A stretch of DNA of 58,154 bases, the filler included, from Sphacelaria rigidula (Eukaryota), in the NCBI GenBank assembly GCA_964200075.2. It is 8 parts of 8 records of this genome, joined end to end, with 100 filler letters (N's around TTAATTAATTAA, not from the genome) between each part and the next. Parts side by side here need not be neighbours in the genome. Positions count along the whole stretch, not along the records: positions 29,129 to 36,310 come from CAXNAA020016099.1; positions 36,411 to 43,592 come from CAXNAA020016100.1; positions 43,693 to 50,873 come from CAXNAA020016101.1; 5 more parts are not named here. One strand, 5' to 3'. A model generated the notes under the pieces. That model made no database searches. It worked only from the letters and a program-made list of their open reading frames with translations, and had not been told where the DNA came from. The position numbers were made by a program, and so were the translations under genes. This document shows positions 35,659 to 48,088 of the stretch, piece by piece; positions within the stretch are counted from its first letter, which is position 1; each line of letters starts with the position of its first letter.

Positions 35659-35925
35659 CAAGTTTTCTGCCTCCCCTGCCCTGTGTACTAGCCGTTTCGA
35701 TGGTCCATCGATCCCACGGATATCCACGGGGGGTTGCCCTCTGGTCAATTAGCGGATGGTCAAGACGCTTCTCGATCCAGAGTGCCGAAAGACTTCGGAA
35801 AGCAGCCAAATGAATATCAGTCGAAACTTTAACTTTCTATGGAAACGGTCGAGTATAATTTCCTTCGACGTACAAAAGCCTACGTACGCCGCTGAACCAA
35901 CATCATAGGATGTTGCCGTTTTCAT
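33950..35925 (+). repeat. Complex higher-order tandem array
   Basis: About 10 copies of a core TGCCGTTTC...GAGCTGTCGAGTTT.GTCGAAGTGCAGAAA.CCTA at ~100-130 and ~240 bp periods. A second module GCTGAACCAACC...GGAGGTTGCC.TCTGGTCA, plus (AT)n tracts. Confidence 0.85.
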
Positions 35926-36310
35926 CATGGACGCTTGGTGTGTCCGCGATGTAGAGCGTGTGTGTGATCGTCGGTCAAATATCGAATCCGTCGGCACAAG
36001 TGTTCTCTGTTTTATTTATATATACATATTTTTCCCGCGGGGGGGGCATGACGGAAATGACGTGATCGGCAAAAAGCCATCGATCTAAACGCCGGCGAGC
36101 AGAAAATAAACATACACACACACACACAACAATGACACATCTCGACAGCTGATGTCTCCAACTTGCGATAGGAATACGAGGCTTGTCTACGGGTAAGGTT
36201 AGCGGGGCTACTGTCCAAACTATCCACGAAAGTTTGACGATGCGTTTCCACCTCGGCGTGATGCTCGCGTGTGTCTGAAACCCGAACACCAGTGGCCGCC
36301 GCTCGTTGAT

Positions 36311-36410
36311 NNNNNNNNNNNNNNNNNNNNNNNNNNNNNNNNNNNNNNNNNNNNTTAATTAATTAANNNNNNNNNNNNNNNNNNNNNNNNNNNNNNNNNN
36401 NNNNNNNNNN
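36311..36410. other. Artificial contig linker
   Basis: Same 100-bp linker. Confidence 0.98.
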
Positions 36411-37898
36411 CGAAAATCAAATCGGACACCGTTAAGGGGTCGTATAAATATAACGGACTTTACTTCTGGGACAGAGGAAGTATTTTCTTTTGTGCACAAC
36501 ACATGTGCCACAACACGTTTCAATGTATTGTTTGGACAAGGTGTGTACTGCTATGCGTTTCAACATACAGGGTTCGGTCCAGTGTAAGTGTCCACCAGGG
36601 TTCCAAGTATATACTGGACGATCAATACGGCTAGGAATTGGGTGCGCAATGATTTTTGGGTGTCCGACACATCGCTAGCCAGACGTGTACGAGATATGCT
36701 AGGAGAGGACTGTATCACCATATTTCAAGCATGTTCGCCGGATGTTTATGGAAGTCGTGATGATCGGTCTATGGTGTGAAATATCCTGTGATGAACGAAC
36801 GCACCCTTGCGTCAAAGTTTTGTTGTTGTGAGCACGACATAGATGGTTCGTCTCTCTCCGCACGGACGATGCCATAAACGACACAACCGAGAACAGCATA
36901 TGCGTGCACAACGGGATATGTGTGGGCGAGCACTACTGATATGGGTGCGCCTGACCCCCCAAAATGAGCAAAAAATGTATTACCGACCAAAAGCACGAAC
37001 AGACCGGAGATCTCGTTCATCCCCTGATTATGCACGCCGTAATATACCCCGAAGTACTTGTGATTTGAGTGGGGTTTCTACTTGACGATTTCCCATTTCC
37101 GTTGTTCCGGACTATGAACCACGACGTACCTCGGCTACTCACCGACGTGTATTAGTCCAAGCTACAATCTGACACCATCGTGGCACGAACGGAGTTGTGG
37201 TGAACGAGAAAATCGCAAAAAACCCCATGATTTTTCCACTTATTTTCTTATAAAACTCGAATCCTGATGAGATAAAACAAATTGACTCATCAAGTTGTAG
37301 CTGTGGTCTTGGCGCAGATGATTGAAGAGAGCGCATCTCAATCGATGGCCTTGACGATGAGTAATCGAGGCAACCGTTTGGACTATGAGCGCGAACAAGC
37401 GCCTCCAACCCTCGCCGGTTTCCACGACATGCGAAAACCTCACGCCTGCCAAACGGCCTCGGAATAGTTTACACCCATGAAAGACTCTTGATGGTACAGA
37501 TGGTTGACATGTCGGATGTGTGAAATCTTCGACAGGTGTAGAATTTGAACCTGCGACCGAACCCCTAGAAGCTTCCGTGTCCGCGAGACATTTACCCCCG
37601 TCTGTGCATCGCTCGTGATAACGGCAAGAGTAGCGCTCGTTCTCCTGCACCTGGTGCCATCACCACGCCACCATCGATAGCGTAGATTAGTATCTAATCT
37701 CACCTGGCGGCAAGTATGCTCAAACTCTGAACTGAAGGAGAAAAAATAGTCACGAAGCAAGCTGGCGTTCAAGAAGAGAGAGCAGTATCTGCAATGGCAA
37801 CACACTCCAACAGCCGTCATAAACATGATGATGAATCTCACGAACGAAAGCAAGAATCATCTTCGCGACTTCGCAGCAGCGAAGCGAACAAACTATAA

Positions 37899-38112
37899 CA
37901 CTAACCCTAACCCTTACCACAACGAAGGCATACATAGAACCCTCGGGCAAGGCGGGTGCAACGTGTTCCCTAGGCGAAGTGTGCGTTGCCAGACCTCAAA
38001 TCGGCGCCCCAGGCGCCGATTCAGACAAACACGCGTTGTGGGCACGCTAGGAGGATGCCAGGAGCACACCCTCCATTAAAGGTCCGGATTTCGGCGTCCA
38101 CACTAAAATCAA
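37899..38112 (+). repeat. Dispersed repeat family D (CCCTAA-capped, internal GC hairpin), copy 1
   Basis: CTAACCCTAACCCT...GAACCCTCGG...AATCGGCGCC-CCA-GGCGCCGATT. Homologous to 38870-39110, 47811-48008 and 51160-51369. Confidence 0.75.
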
Positions 38113-38869
38113 TCCTCAAACAATCTTTAATTAATTAGTTAATTAAGTATATATTGTTACCACAACATATATGTAAAATTATATTAATAAGTTAATTATT
38201 TAATTAAAGGTTGATTGAGGATGGATGTTTGGATGGATGGATGGATGGTTGGATTGTATTTTTTGGCCAGAGGGGAAGACAATATGGGCCAGCTTACCCT
38301 CCCGATTGGTCGACTATACTGCGTCAAGACGATACAAAAGATCGTCGGCATACTTTTACTGAAGCCACATGACACCGAAGCCCCACTCATGCCTATCAGT
38401 GCACCCACCCGTCCTGAGACACGCGTCTGTTGTATCGACACTGGCGGGTGATGGGCGGCGGTTTGTTTAAAATCCCTCTTGGAACACAATATCTTTTGAG
38501 TCCGGTTAATATCATGCATATTAATGAAGTGAAAAGCCATGCCCACGGAACAACAAATGCACTTGCACCGGGCGAGTCATTCATCCGCAAAAATTGTGGA
38601 ACGATGGGATCCGATCAATCAAGCCCCTCAACACATGGCGAGGAGGTCGACCAACATCCGCCCAGCCCACATCACACACCTGGCGACTGTACTCCACTTG
38701 ACTGTGTAAGGGCTGTCCTCGTTGAAGTTCATCAGTATATATGGCTCTGTCGCATGTTGAGCGCATGTTGCTGGCCCGATTTCGATCCCCGGTCCCAAAA
38801 ATAAATGCTTCAGCGTTCTGGTTTCAGTTACCGGCGTTTTGCTACAAATGTTCATGGTTGATACCACTT

Positions 38870-39110
38870 GATTTGAGTGTGTACAACAAGAATCGGAATT
38901 TGAGTAGGGCTGACAGTCCCGCCGTGTGCTCCCCGTGTGCGCAGAACGTGTTTTCGTTGAAATCGGCGCCACAGGCGCCGATTTGGGGTCCACCAAGGCA
39001 TGGGGTATGACTCTAGCCAGAGTCATACCTTTTCTACCAAGGCCTCACTTCGTTTAGGAAATGTGTGTACCGCCCTTGTCCGAGGGTTCCCAGTGTGCGT
39101 TGGGTTGGGT
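38870..39110 (-). repeat. Repeat family D, copy 2, carrying a small hairpin insert
   Basis: AAATCGGCGCC-ACA-GGCGCCGATTT hairpin. The insert GGTATGACTCT-AGCC-AGAGTCATACC lies between two ACCAAGGC direct repeats. Confidence 0.7.
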
Positions 39111-40192
39111 CAACCCAACTAGCCTCCAGGTATTCCACCGTATCGCAAGCGCGGACGAAAAGCGACGCAGTGGCATGCAATATATGAGGGACAACAACGG
39201 AAGTTACGGCAGGGTTCTGATTTTCGAATGCAGTCCACTTTTTTTTATATGAGTTTTGTATTCAAGTCGTATTCTTCCGATGACGTGAGGCACATTTTAC
39301 CCGACGAGCCTGGACAAGCCCCAAAAGTCGATCTGTTCGTGATGTTGGTCGGTGGCACTTTTTTTACCCATTTTGGGGGTCGGGCGCACCCACAAGTGTA
39401 GGTTGTCAAAGAAGCCTGTGAATACTTTATTCATGTGGAGATTGATCCGCAGACATCCGCATGCCTCGCAGCATGAGCAGCATCATTTCGATGAGAGAAA
39501 GAAAGTTGTGCGGCCAAACCTGGACACTGACCCTCTGTTGGTTTCGCTGGTGATGCTGCGCGTGTAAAGGGCTCAGCAGGGCACCTGACTCACTCGCATG
39601 AGGCGGAGGTGTGTAGAAAAGCGTATACTTAGAGCGCGTGATAAGTTGAAGACTCAATTTATCTTTCGGTCATCGCTACCATGCATCGTGCATGGTACAT
39701 TACAGCACAGGAAGAGATTTTGCAATTTTGGATGCTATCGTCTATGGCGTGACCGCGACAGGGGTCAAGACAGAACCGTAACGCCCGGCACTACATTGGG
39801 AAAGCGAGAAATGGCAATATATGATTTGTGGAATGCGGGTTATTATTCCGTAGATCAATATTTTTTATTAAACTCAAGTCTGAAACGCTCACCCCGAGCA
39901 TGCCTTACGGGGGTGAAAGTGATGCGAATGCAGCGTAATCCCTGCTCTGTAAGAGCGTGTTATACGGTTGTGGATGGTTTTTTCGTCCTTCTTCCGCGAG
40001 TATGGGGGTATGTGAAGCATCAAGCGTCAGCCCCGGGGATGGAAGGGGACAGTCGCAAAATCATTACTGCATCGTTTTGTTCTCTTTGTTATTCACGTTT
40101 CCTCGTCGTTATTTGGCGAAATGTATGTGTCTTTTGCCCTGTTTGTTCATCATTCGTGTTTCCCCTTCTACATGTGGTATTGTTTGTTGCAG

Positions 40193-40711
40193 ATGAGGTC
40201 CGTTACGGACATGGGTGTCCTGGTACACCAGATGGCCTCGGCTGTCATTGCACACCGTGCCGCTCTCGCCCAAATATCAGCCGAGAAACACTGGCAGCAG
40301 CAGCAGCAGCAACAACAACAACAAGAGCGGCAAAAAGAAGAAGAAAAAGCACTGCAGGCGGCCGCCACAGCCGCCGCTGATAAAATGCGAAATGATCAAA
40401 AGCAAAAGGATGCTGAGAAGGCGGAGAGGACGGTTGCCGCAGATTCAGCGGTGGCGCAAGGCGGGACGGACGGGGAGGAAAAGGAAGAGGATGGTCTGGA
40501 GAAATTGCAAGAGGAGGAGAAAGAGGAAGAGGATGACGAGGATGACGATGATGATGGTGGTGAAGATGATGACGATGATGACGATGATGACGATGGTGAC
40601 GATGATGACGATGATGACGATGATGACGATGATGACGATGATGATCGAGCCAAGAGTAAACAAGAGCAAGATAAAGATGGTGGCGATGAAATTGACATGG
40701 TCGACGGGTAG
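40193..40711 (+). CDS. Probable terminal exon, poly-Q and long Asp/Glu-rich tail, function unknown
   Basis: Pyrimidine-rich acceptor TTGTTGCAG, then MRSVTDMGVLVHQMASAVIAHRAALAQISAEKHWQ10...(D/E)n...DMVDG*. Confidence 0.65.
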   Translation: MRSVTDMGVLVHQMASAVIAHRAALAQISAEKHWQQQQQQQQQQERQKEEEKALQAAATAAADKMRNDQKQKDAEKAERTVAADSAVAQGGTDGEEKEEDGLEKLQEEEKEEEDDEDDDDDGGEDDDDDDDDDDGDDDDDDDDDDDDDDDDRAKSKQEQDKDGGDEIDMVDG

Positions 40712-40739
40712 GAATCTGCATCGTCTTGTGTTTGCTCTC

Positions 40740-41245
40740 CCTTGCGCATCTCAGGCAAGCACCGTCGTGTGTGGGCATAAAGAAGCCGAGGTGGAGAGCG
40801 GAGGACCGAAGGGGAGTAGTAGTGGTACAGCTGGTACACAAATGCTTGACAGCCGTTGTGGGGGACGTGATGCAGGTATAGGATATCGAATTAGCTTCCC
40901 CCTACACTTCGTGTTACTGTCAGAGGTGACCATCTTTTTATTCTCGGTGAAGGGGCGACTAAGGTATGAAATTGGGAACAGCAGGGGGCAGTTTGGGGAA
41001 GGGGTGCTAATGCTCTGCCCGCCAAGAGTGTCTGATAGCTTGACTGCGCGTCTCGGACAGGACAGGGGAGGAAAGGGGTCGCGTAATACTTGTTCAAATG
41101 TATTCCGTCGTCTTCAATCATTGACCTCGCGTGTGTTCGGTGCTTGGACGAAGCTCACAGATGAGTCTCAAACACCACGTTTGCGTCTTGTCCAGCGGGA
41201 GACTGCATGCGGGAGATCAGATATCTACCATGTTTAGACTGACAT
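40740..41245 (+). pseudogene. Possible highly decayed Copia RNase H relic
   Basis: SQASTVVCGHKEAEVES resembles SxxQxxVxxSxxEAE. AWTKLTD...LVQRETACGRSDIYHV*TD resembles RTKHID...VRE...G.I.I.HV.T. Confidence 0.3.
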
Positions 41246-42765
41246 CGACTCGGCGGTGCAGAAGCAGTGCCAGACATGTTGGATGCATGGTGGTGCTTTA
41301 CCTCAGGCGCGACACTGCGTATTCTGAAACGTGAACCTGATTCGAGTGCACCGCACGAAACTGAAGTGGATGCAGCCTAAAGTAGACCTTGTCGGGGACG
41401 CGCGGGTTTGAGAAATGTTCTATTGCACCTGTTTCCTCGGTATCGAGCCTTTCCTACCTTGAGTTGGTGAGTCGACCTAAACCCAACTTCCAAACGAGTA
41501 TGTTGCGGTATTGCCCATGATTGAGGTTGTGGCTTCGCTCTGCTCACGTGCGATTCAATAAGGTATCGAGCACGTTGGGTCTTCAATAACCCCTGAGTCG
41601 CTCTAGCTAGGATTGTTGAAGCCCGGCCGTACGAGGGTTCAACAGATTGGACCGCCAAGGTGGTTGTCGAGGGGTTTGCGGCAGCACGCCGTATTGTCTC
41701 GTACGGATAAATAGAATCAAGACGAAGAGGGTATACAACAGATTGAGTGTATGGCATTTGACTAAAAGTGAGAACCCGAGGAAGATGAAATCCCAATCCA
41801 TTCATCGATTGGTGTTTCTCGAGGAATACTCCGCAGAGCCAGTCAAGGGAAGAGGCTCGGATGAAAGCTCTTGGCCGTGCGATCAGTTCAATCTATACAG
41901 TATTTTTATTTCGTTGCCTCGTCATTTCGAGGAAATCTAGACGTCCGGACTTCCAGAAACGAACGATTGATGCCTGAACCAGTGGCACTGACAAAATGCC
42001 CCTCCGGCTACATGTGAGGTCTTCCATGCTTTCGCAGTAGCTTGCCAATAAAGCCTCTGATATCCCTGAGTAGTAGTTTGACCTGTAGCTGTAAACACGC
42101 AACAGTGTCACAGGCGAAACAGACAACACACAAGAGTGAAAAATTGGTCAATCTTGAGTTCCAATTTCACGAAGTTAATTTTGTTTCTGCTCCGGGTAAA
42201 AATTCGACTACCCAGTTTTTTGCGACTCGATTTTTGCGGCTTCTGTTTCGCTACATTTTACCACTCTAAAACCCCTCTTGATTTAGTTTTTTGGAGGAAA
42301 AGTTTGTCAGCAACGAAATGCATCTTGCTCCGAGGGGCAGCTGGACACAGCAGTTGCAGCTGCCTACCTAGTATCATCCTCCAAATCGACGTCTTGAGAG
42401 AGAACACCCAGCGTGCAGCGGCTTGACGCGACCACTGCGTTCTGCCACAGGCCCTTCCCCACGTACCCGGCAAGGGAACAGCATCCCCATACAGACAGTA
42501 GCAATGCTAGCGGATCCTGCGTCCTGACAGTTTGGCAGCCAGCAACGTGGTTACGGTGGAGTCCTTTTAGCAATATCAACTCACAGTGCACTGGAGCAGA
42601 GTTTGCTGGTGATTATTTTGGCGATTGCTCCGCCTGCAGTTCGCCCAGACGTTGCGGATTTTTTCACGATCTCACTGAGTAACATTACATATATGTGGAA
42701 ATGTACCAGCCTGGACAAAGATTTCTACCGTCAGAACGAACACGATGTTTTAAAAGTGTACTGCG

Positions 42766-42876
42766 CACAGTGTGTGTTGTCCTCCAATCTATTCTCGACG
42801 CCAGTATCCAACGTTCGGTACATGTGGGCGTACCAGTTGGGGTCACACAGGAGGAAGACCAATACAGGAGGTTTTC
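42766..42876 (+). repeat. Repeat family C, copy 3
   Basis: TGTGTGTTGTCCTCCAATCTATTCTCG...GGGTCACACAGGAGGAAG...ACAGGAGG. Confidence 0.8.
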
Positions 42877-42884
42877 TAGGTAGG

Positions 42885-43250
42885 CAGCCAATACAGCGGC
42901 GGAGGCGGCCGTTCATTCCTGCGTGCGCCACCTGAGGCAAACACACGCTGTAGCTGCAACCCGGACAGCTTGACAAAATGTGGTGTAGCGATATTATAGC
43001 GCGTAGCGAGGGGTGCTACCCCGCGTACACGTTAGCCGCGGGTACAAGCGGCTGCGTTCATGATGTGGCGAACTGCATAGGACAGCGCGCAATCAATGCA
43101 GGGCAGGGATAGGCTAAGGATGTCACGTCCTGCGGTGGGCTTTATCATCCTGCAACCCACCGCTGTGCACTGAGCAGGTAGTACCACCGGAGGCGCCACT
43201 CTGCGGTTGGTACGCGGTGTCGAACACAGCAACAAGCGGCATATTTGAAA
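42885..43250 (-). repeat. Repeat family H, copy 2
   Basis: Reverse complement of 648-1025. Confidence 0.85.
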
Positions 43251-43455
43251 TACATGTGTGTTCTAAGACCGGTGCGCACACAAAGCGACTACTGTCGCCA
43301 TCATCCATCGATCTGGGGGGTATCCCCCCTACTCAAATAGGGTACCCGGGGTCTGCCTGCCCCCTCCCCCTTCCCTCCTAGGGCCCCAGCCTGAGGTTTG
43401 GGCGATCTGGGGGGGGGGGGGGAGGGGGGGTGATACCGTCATTTCTCGATATGAG

Positions 43456-43592
43456 ACTGGTGCCCAGAATAAATGGGACGACAACACACACAGTGTGTGT
43501 GTTGTCGTCCCATCTATTCTGGGCACCAGTTTACACCTTTCGGTGTATGTGGGCGCATCAGCCGAGGTCACACAGAAGGAAGGTCAACACAG
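43456..43592 (+). repeat. Repeat family C, copy 4, with inverted 37-bp duplication
   Basis: Arms 43456-43492 and 43494-43530 are reverse complements with one mismatch. Confidence 0.85.
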
Positions 43593-43692
43593 NNNNNNNN
43601 NNNNNNNNNNNNNNNNNNNNNNNNNNNNNNNNNNNNTTAATTAATTAANNNNNNNNNNNNNNNNNNNNNNNNNNNNNNNNNNNNNNNNNNNN
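43593..43692. other. Artificial contig linker
   Basis: Same 100-bp linker. Confidence 0.98.
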
Positions 43693-43730
43693 TTTTGTTC
43701 TTCATTATAATAAAAGACAAGGGGTCTGGG

Positions 43731-43764
<34 letters not shown>

Positions 43765-46700
43765 CATGAGATCTCGGAGCGTTTTTTGGGGTACTCCTGA
43801 CTGTACCCCCATTTTGTGGGTTGACACAACAGTGTACGGGTACAGTCTTTACACGTGGCTGTTCCCACACACGAAAAAACCTAATCTCTGCCCGGTTATC
43901 GTCTCGATGATACTCGGCCTAACGGTGCGTTACGCATGGTCTTGGAATCCACTGTTATACGAGTGCGCCACGAAGTGCCATGGATGACGGACAACGGTCA
44001 TACTCACGGCGTTTTCCCGGCCTTTTCGAACTATACAAAGGTACTCTCAAGGATAACAGGCCCTGCACCCACGGCAGATCCCGCTTATCGGCACATTTCA
44101 GCGACTTTCCCCCACCAACTCTTGAACAGCGTGACTAGCGCAGATCCCAACCAAACACCGGGTGGTATACCCCGTAACCTAGTCACCGCATCGAATGTAA
44201 CGGGGTATAACACCCCTGCGTGTTAATTGCCCAAATGCCGAATTCCTCAAAACGCAAAGCGGCTACGCCATGATGTACGCCACCGACTAGTAATCTTTGA
44301 AGGTGAATTTTCAGAAAATAATCGATGAGACGGGATTTCCCTGGAGTGCTCTGTTTCTGTACCTGGGAAAAGTCAAGTTGAAAACATGGCAATCAGGGGG
44401 GGGGGTTATACCTCGTGACTTAGCACCGTGGGCGAGATACTCGATACGATGACAGCTCACCGTTGATTCCACGAAGCCCGTCTCCCTCTCCCCATCCTTG
44501 TTCCTGAACCATTGAGAATGAACCTGACTCCTTGGCGCGATTACAATGATTGCGCCAGCCTGTAGTACGCGGCTGGCATCGTCTCAGCGTCAGGTGGCGA
44601 TGCCTGCTGTCATCAACACTTGCTCCACCAGCCGCATATTGCCTTGTGCCTGCAGTCGTAAGGGTCCGCAACCCGCTATTGGGTATAAACGCGAAAAATG
44701 AGCCAGTCGAAGGGAGAATACAAGACGCCAATAGCACAGTGCGTCGGCAAGAGCACCATGACTGGCGAGATATTATGTTTTTCTTCATTGCATAGACGTG
44801 TTAGATCACATGCAGCAGTGTTTTCCTGTAACTGAATGTGGGGGAGGAGACCGCCGATCGCAGATTATAGGTTCGATCTCGGGCCGGAGAAACAATGTAC
44901 AAGCAAAATTTGTCATTTGAAAAAGAGAAAATTAATGTAGTGCATTTGACCTCGCGGGCGCCCTGCCATGTTGTCATCTTTTCCTCTACACACTGCGCAG
45001 TTACCACACCGATCACAGCATCCCCCTACACCGACAGCTCCTCTCTACAGTCTGCAAAACTTCCTGCCGAAGTCGGTGTGAGAATCCGTGCCGCCAAGCC
45101 CGCGCTCGCCGCTGATTTTGGAGGTCAATTTGCGCAAGGATTTTTGGCCAGTTTGGAGGCGAAAAAAGGGCGGTGCTTTCGTTGCCTGCTGAAAAGGGAA
45201 CAAGGCTACACGCGAGAACAGAGCACATGGTGGGTGTCTGTGTGCAAATTTCGCTTTTGTTGTTGGCTATTCACGTAAAGCCGCGTGAGATTGCTGTGGT
45301 TGTGGTTGGTTGCTGCAGTGTCGCCCTTGTAGTGTTGGCAAGCTCCGTTTCGCTCCTGGTGCCTGCGACAGGTGGTCCTGGTGAAAATCAGAAAAAAAAC
45401 TGCCTTATGTTTTTTGGGTCACCAAAAACCACTTGACAAATTGTAGCGGGCATGAATCAATTTCCCATGCCAAGAGCGCCTGCGTCCGCGCGCCGTGAGC
45501 GCCTGGGTAGGTGAACCTTCTGTATGATGCGCACTGCGGTATTGCTCCGGTGGGTGCCAAGCAATCGATGCCCAGGAGTAGTAGGAACTAGGTAGCCTCT
45601 GAAGAAAATGGTGGATTGGGTGCCGTTCGCATCACTTGTCCACCTTTTCGCCCCTTTCTCTAAATCCAAGTGAAAAACAAAAAACTCCACACACCACCCT
45701 GTTTTTTGTACATCCTTGTGGGTGTACGCGTGGAACGTCTCGAGTACAGACTTGAAAATATCTCCCCCCAAATCGTGGATTTTGAAGCCACCAGAGGAGA
45801 GTCGCCAGAATTTCCTCCCGCGTCACATGCCACGTAGCGCCACCCCCACGACTCTCGCTCATCACAAACAAACTCTCCACCTAACCCCCCACCGTCCATG
45901 GTCAGTATGCGCGTGTGCCCCGCCTGCTTAAACTTGACCGCGTAACCTTGACGGCGAGCGTGGAGCGTTTTCACTCGAGTTTCATACACAGCGCCAGAGA
46001 AAACCCCCATACATACTGACTGTACTCAACAACTTGAAAACACACCCACATTTTTGCAAGGCGATTTTTTGTGGCAACAAATGCAAAATGCGCGCGTGGG
46101 TCGCGCGCGGAGAACCGAAACGGCAGCACACCCGTATTTCTCGAAAAGCACAGCTCCCCGTACCAAATAAACTGCACAGGCCCTCACAATCCGTGTTTTC
46201 GACCTCTTACTGTGAGTGTTGGAGCCTTTCGGTTGCGGTACTTCCAGATCGGGGCTCACCCCCACCCCCCGCTCATGGAACACCGTGGTGTTACTGAAGG
46301 TGGGGCTCTCTGACGGAGCAGCTGACGCGTGTTTTATGATGGTCATTTTCCAACGGGTCTGTGCGTTTGTGGTGACGACAGGTGACAATTTTCTTCATGT
46401 GTTGACTTCTGGGACGTTGATTATGCATCATATGTTTGTAGAGACAGTTTCACGACAACAAACTTCGGCTGGTGATATTCATGTCAATGAACTTGACCGC
46501 AGTTACTGTACTGCGCCATGTCGGAGCCGAAATTTTTTGCATGACAATCGAGCACAAGCAGCAAGGTAGGTACCACTGACTGCTGCAGACGCTGACACCC
46601 CGAAAAAGCTGCGTACTTGCCTCGTGTGCAAGACAGAAGCCGACCCTGGGGCAGCACATTCCCTTCACTCTGATTGGAAGAAATCTCCAACGGTTTCAAT

Positions 46701-47810
46701 TTCGAATAAAATGACATCAATTTTGGCGTTGCAACGCTGGCGGTATAAGTAAAGTCAAAAGGACAATGCGGTGACCCTGCGCATGCCGTACAAACCATTC
46801 CATGACATCTGCTGCGTATACACACACGAGTTTATGTGCTGTACTGTCTGTATCGGCAGTTTGCTTCTAACAAGTAAGGCCAATCTACAAAATGAATCTC
46901 AAATTCTTCGCTGGAACAGCCGAATCCTTTTACAGACAGACAGTAGTGTTGTACTGTAGGGTGTGGCACAACCGGGAGCAGGGTTTGCGTCTGAGACCCG
47001 TGACGCTCCAAGTTTTGTCAATACACACCGCTGCGGCGGATAAGTCTTATCTTCGGTGAATTTCTTGGTTGATCAAACAGTCTATGATATGCTCCCAAGA
47101 ATTGTCTCCCATGTGTCAACACAGCTTTGCTGCAGGCCACATCAAACAACCCTTAGCCGACCAAAAGCCCTCATCGGGGGAACTATTGTAGGTAGACATG
47201 GCTTCCGTTTGGAGTTCCTCAGGAGATGTATTGGACAGAGATGCAGGAGGGTCCGTGCATTAAAAATATTCCCGGGAAAACTATCGATATTCTTCGCTTC
47301 ATGCGGCCATCCCACAAGTAAGTGAGGGTTTTTAAACCCTTCTCCGAGCGCATGCCGAATCATCACCAGTATCAACACCACATCGAAAGAGGGATGCGGG
47401 CTGTCGTTCTAGATATGCACCTTTTCTTGACTCATTCCGTACCTCGTCAAGGTCATCGTGGACAACAATCGCCCTGGGCGAAGCATGCGGCCGCTAAATA
47501 CTAAGAGGAGTAGGTGCACTATTGTAACTCGCTGTGACACTCTCCTGTCTGAACGCGCTGCAAGATCCTTCCTGATGCTGCATGTAATCGTTTTGCTTTC
47601 CCCCATCGCGATGCAACCGATCTCGACTTTTTAGTTTGTGGCAGGGTACACGCCATGCGTCCCAAGCACCTAAATGGATGAGCCGAGCCTCTTGGAGTTT
47701 TTTCTTAGGTCCGCTCATTTCCCCCTAGAATCGGCTCGGGACGACGAGGATATACCCCAGTTGGGCTACAATCCACCTGTCATGGTTGACACATTTCACA
47801 ACTATCATTA

Positions 47811-48008
47811 ACACTAACTCTAACCCCGATCCAAGGCATACCGAGAACAGCCAGGAAAGGAGGTTGCATAGGGCTCCCCAAGCAGAGAGTGCGTTGGTAG
47901 ACCTCAAACCGGCGATATGAACGAAAACGCGTCGTGGGTACGCTAGGAGCACACGAGACTGTCAGCCTCACGAAAAATCCGATTCTCGATGTTCAGATTA
48001 AAATAAAG
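47811..48008 (+). repeat. Repeat family D, copy 3
   Basis: CTAACTCTAACCCCG..CAAGGCATAC...AGACCTCAAA.CGGCG...GACTGTCAGCC. Confidence 0.7.
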
Positions 48009-48088
48009 GAATATCAACCATGGATAAATTGTCGCCCAGCTAGGGTAAACTCTTCTATTCGGGGGATGGCCAGCGTAGGGAAAAGTTG

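Noticed and set aside
33950..35925. CRISPR-like array (also considered for 13051-13601, 26650-26915 and 57225-57905)
   Set aside because: Repeats are degenerate, spacing is irregular or spacers are mutually homologous, there are no cas genes, and the context is eukaryotic.
40215..41237. 340-aa ORF with poly-M/T, plus the antisense poly-H and poly-S ORFs
   Set aside because: These are alternative frames of the GAT/GAC acidic repeat exon.
41501..41740. Copia solo LTR (TGTTG...CAACA)
   Set aside because: There is no matching TSD (GAGTA vs GATTG), no clear PPT or PBS, and no second copy.
47090..47290. Transposase relic (MULE-like HLCPIHLLRN or hAT-like FW..KG...WP)
   Set aside because: The two motifs conflict, lie in different frames, are short and are surrounded by stops. 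Not supportable by eye.
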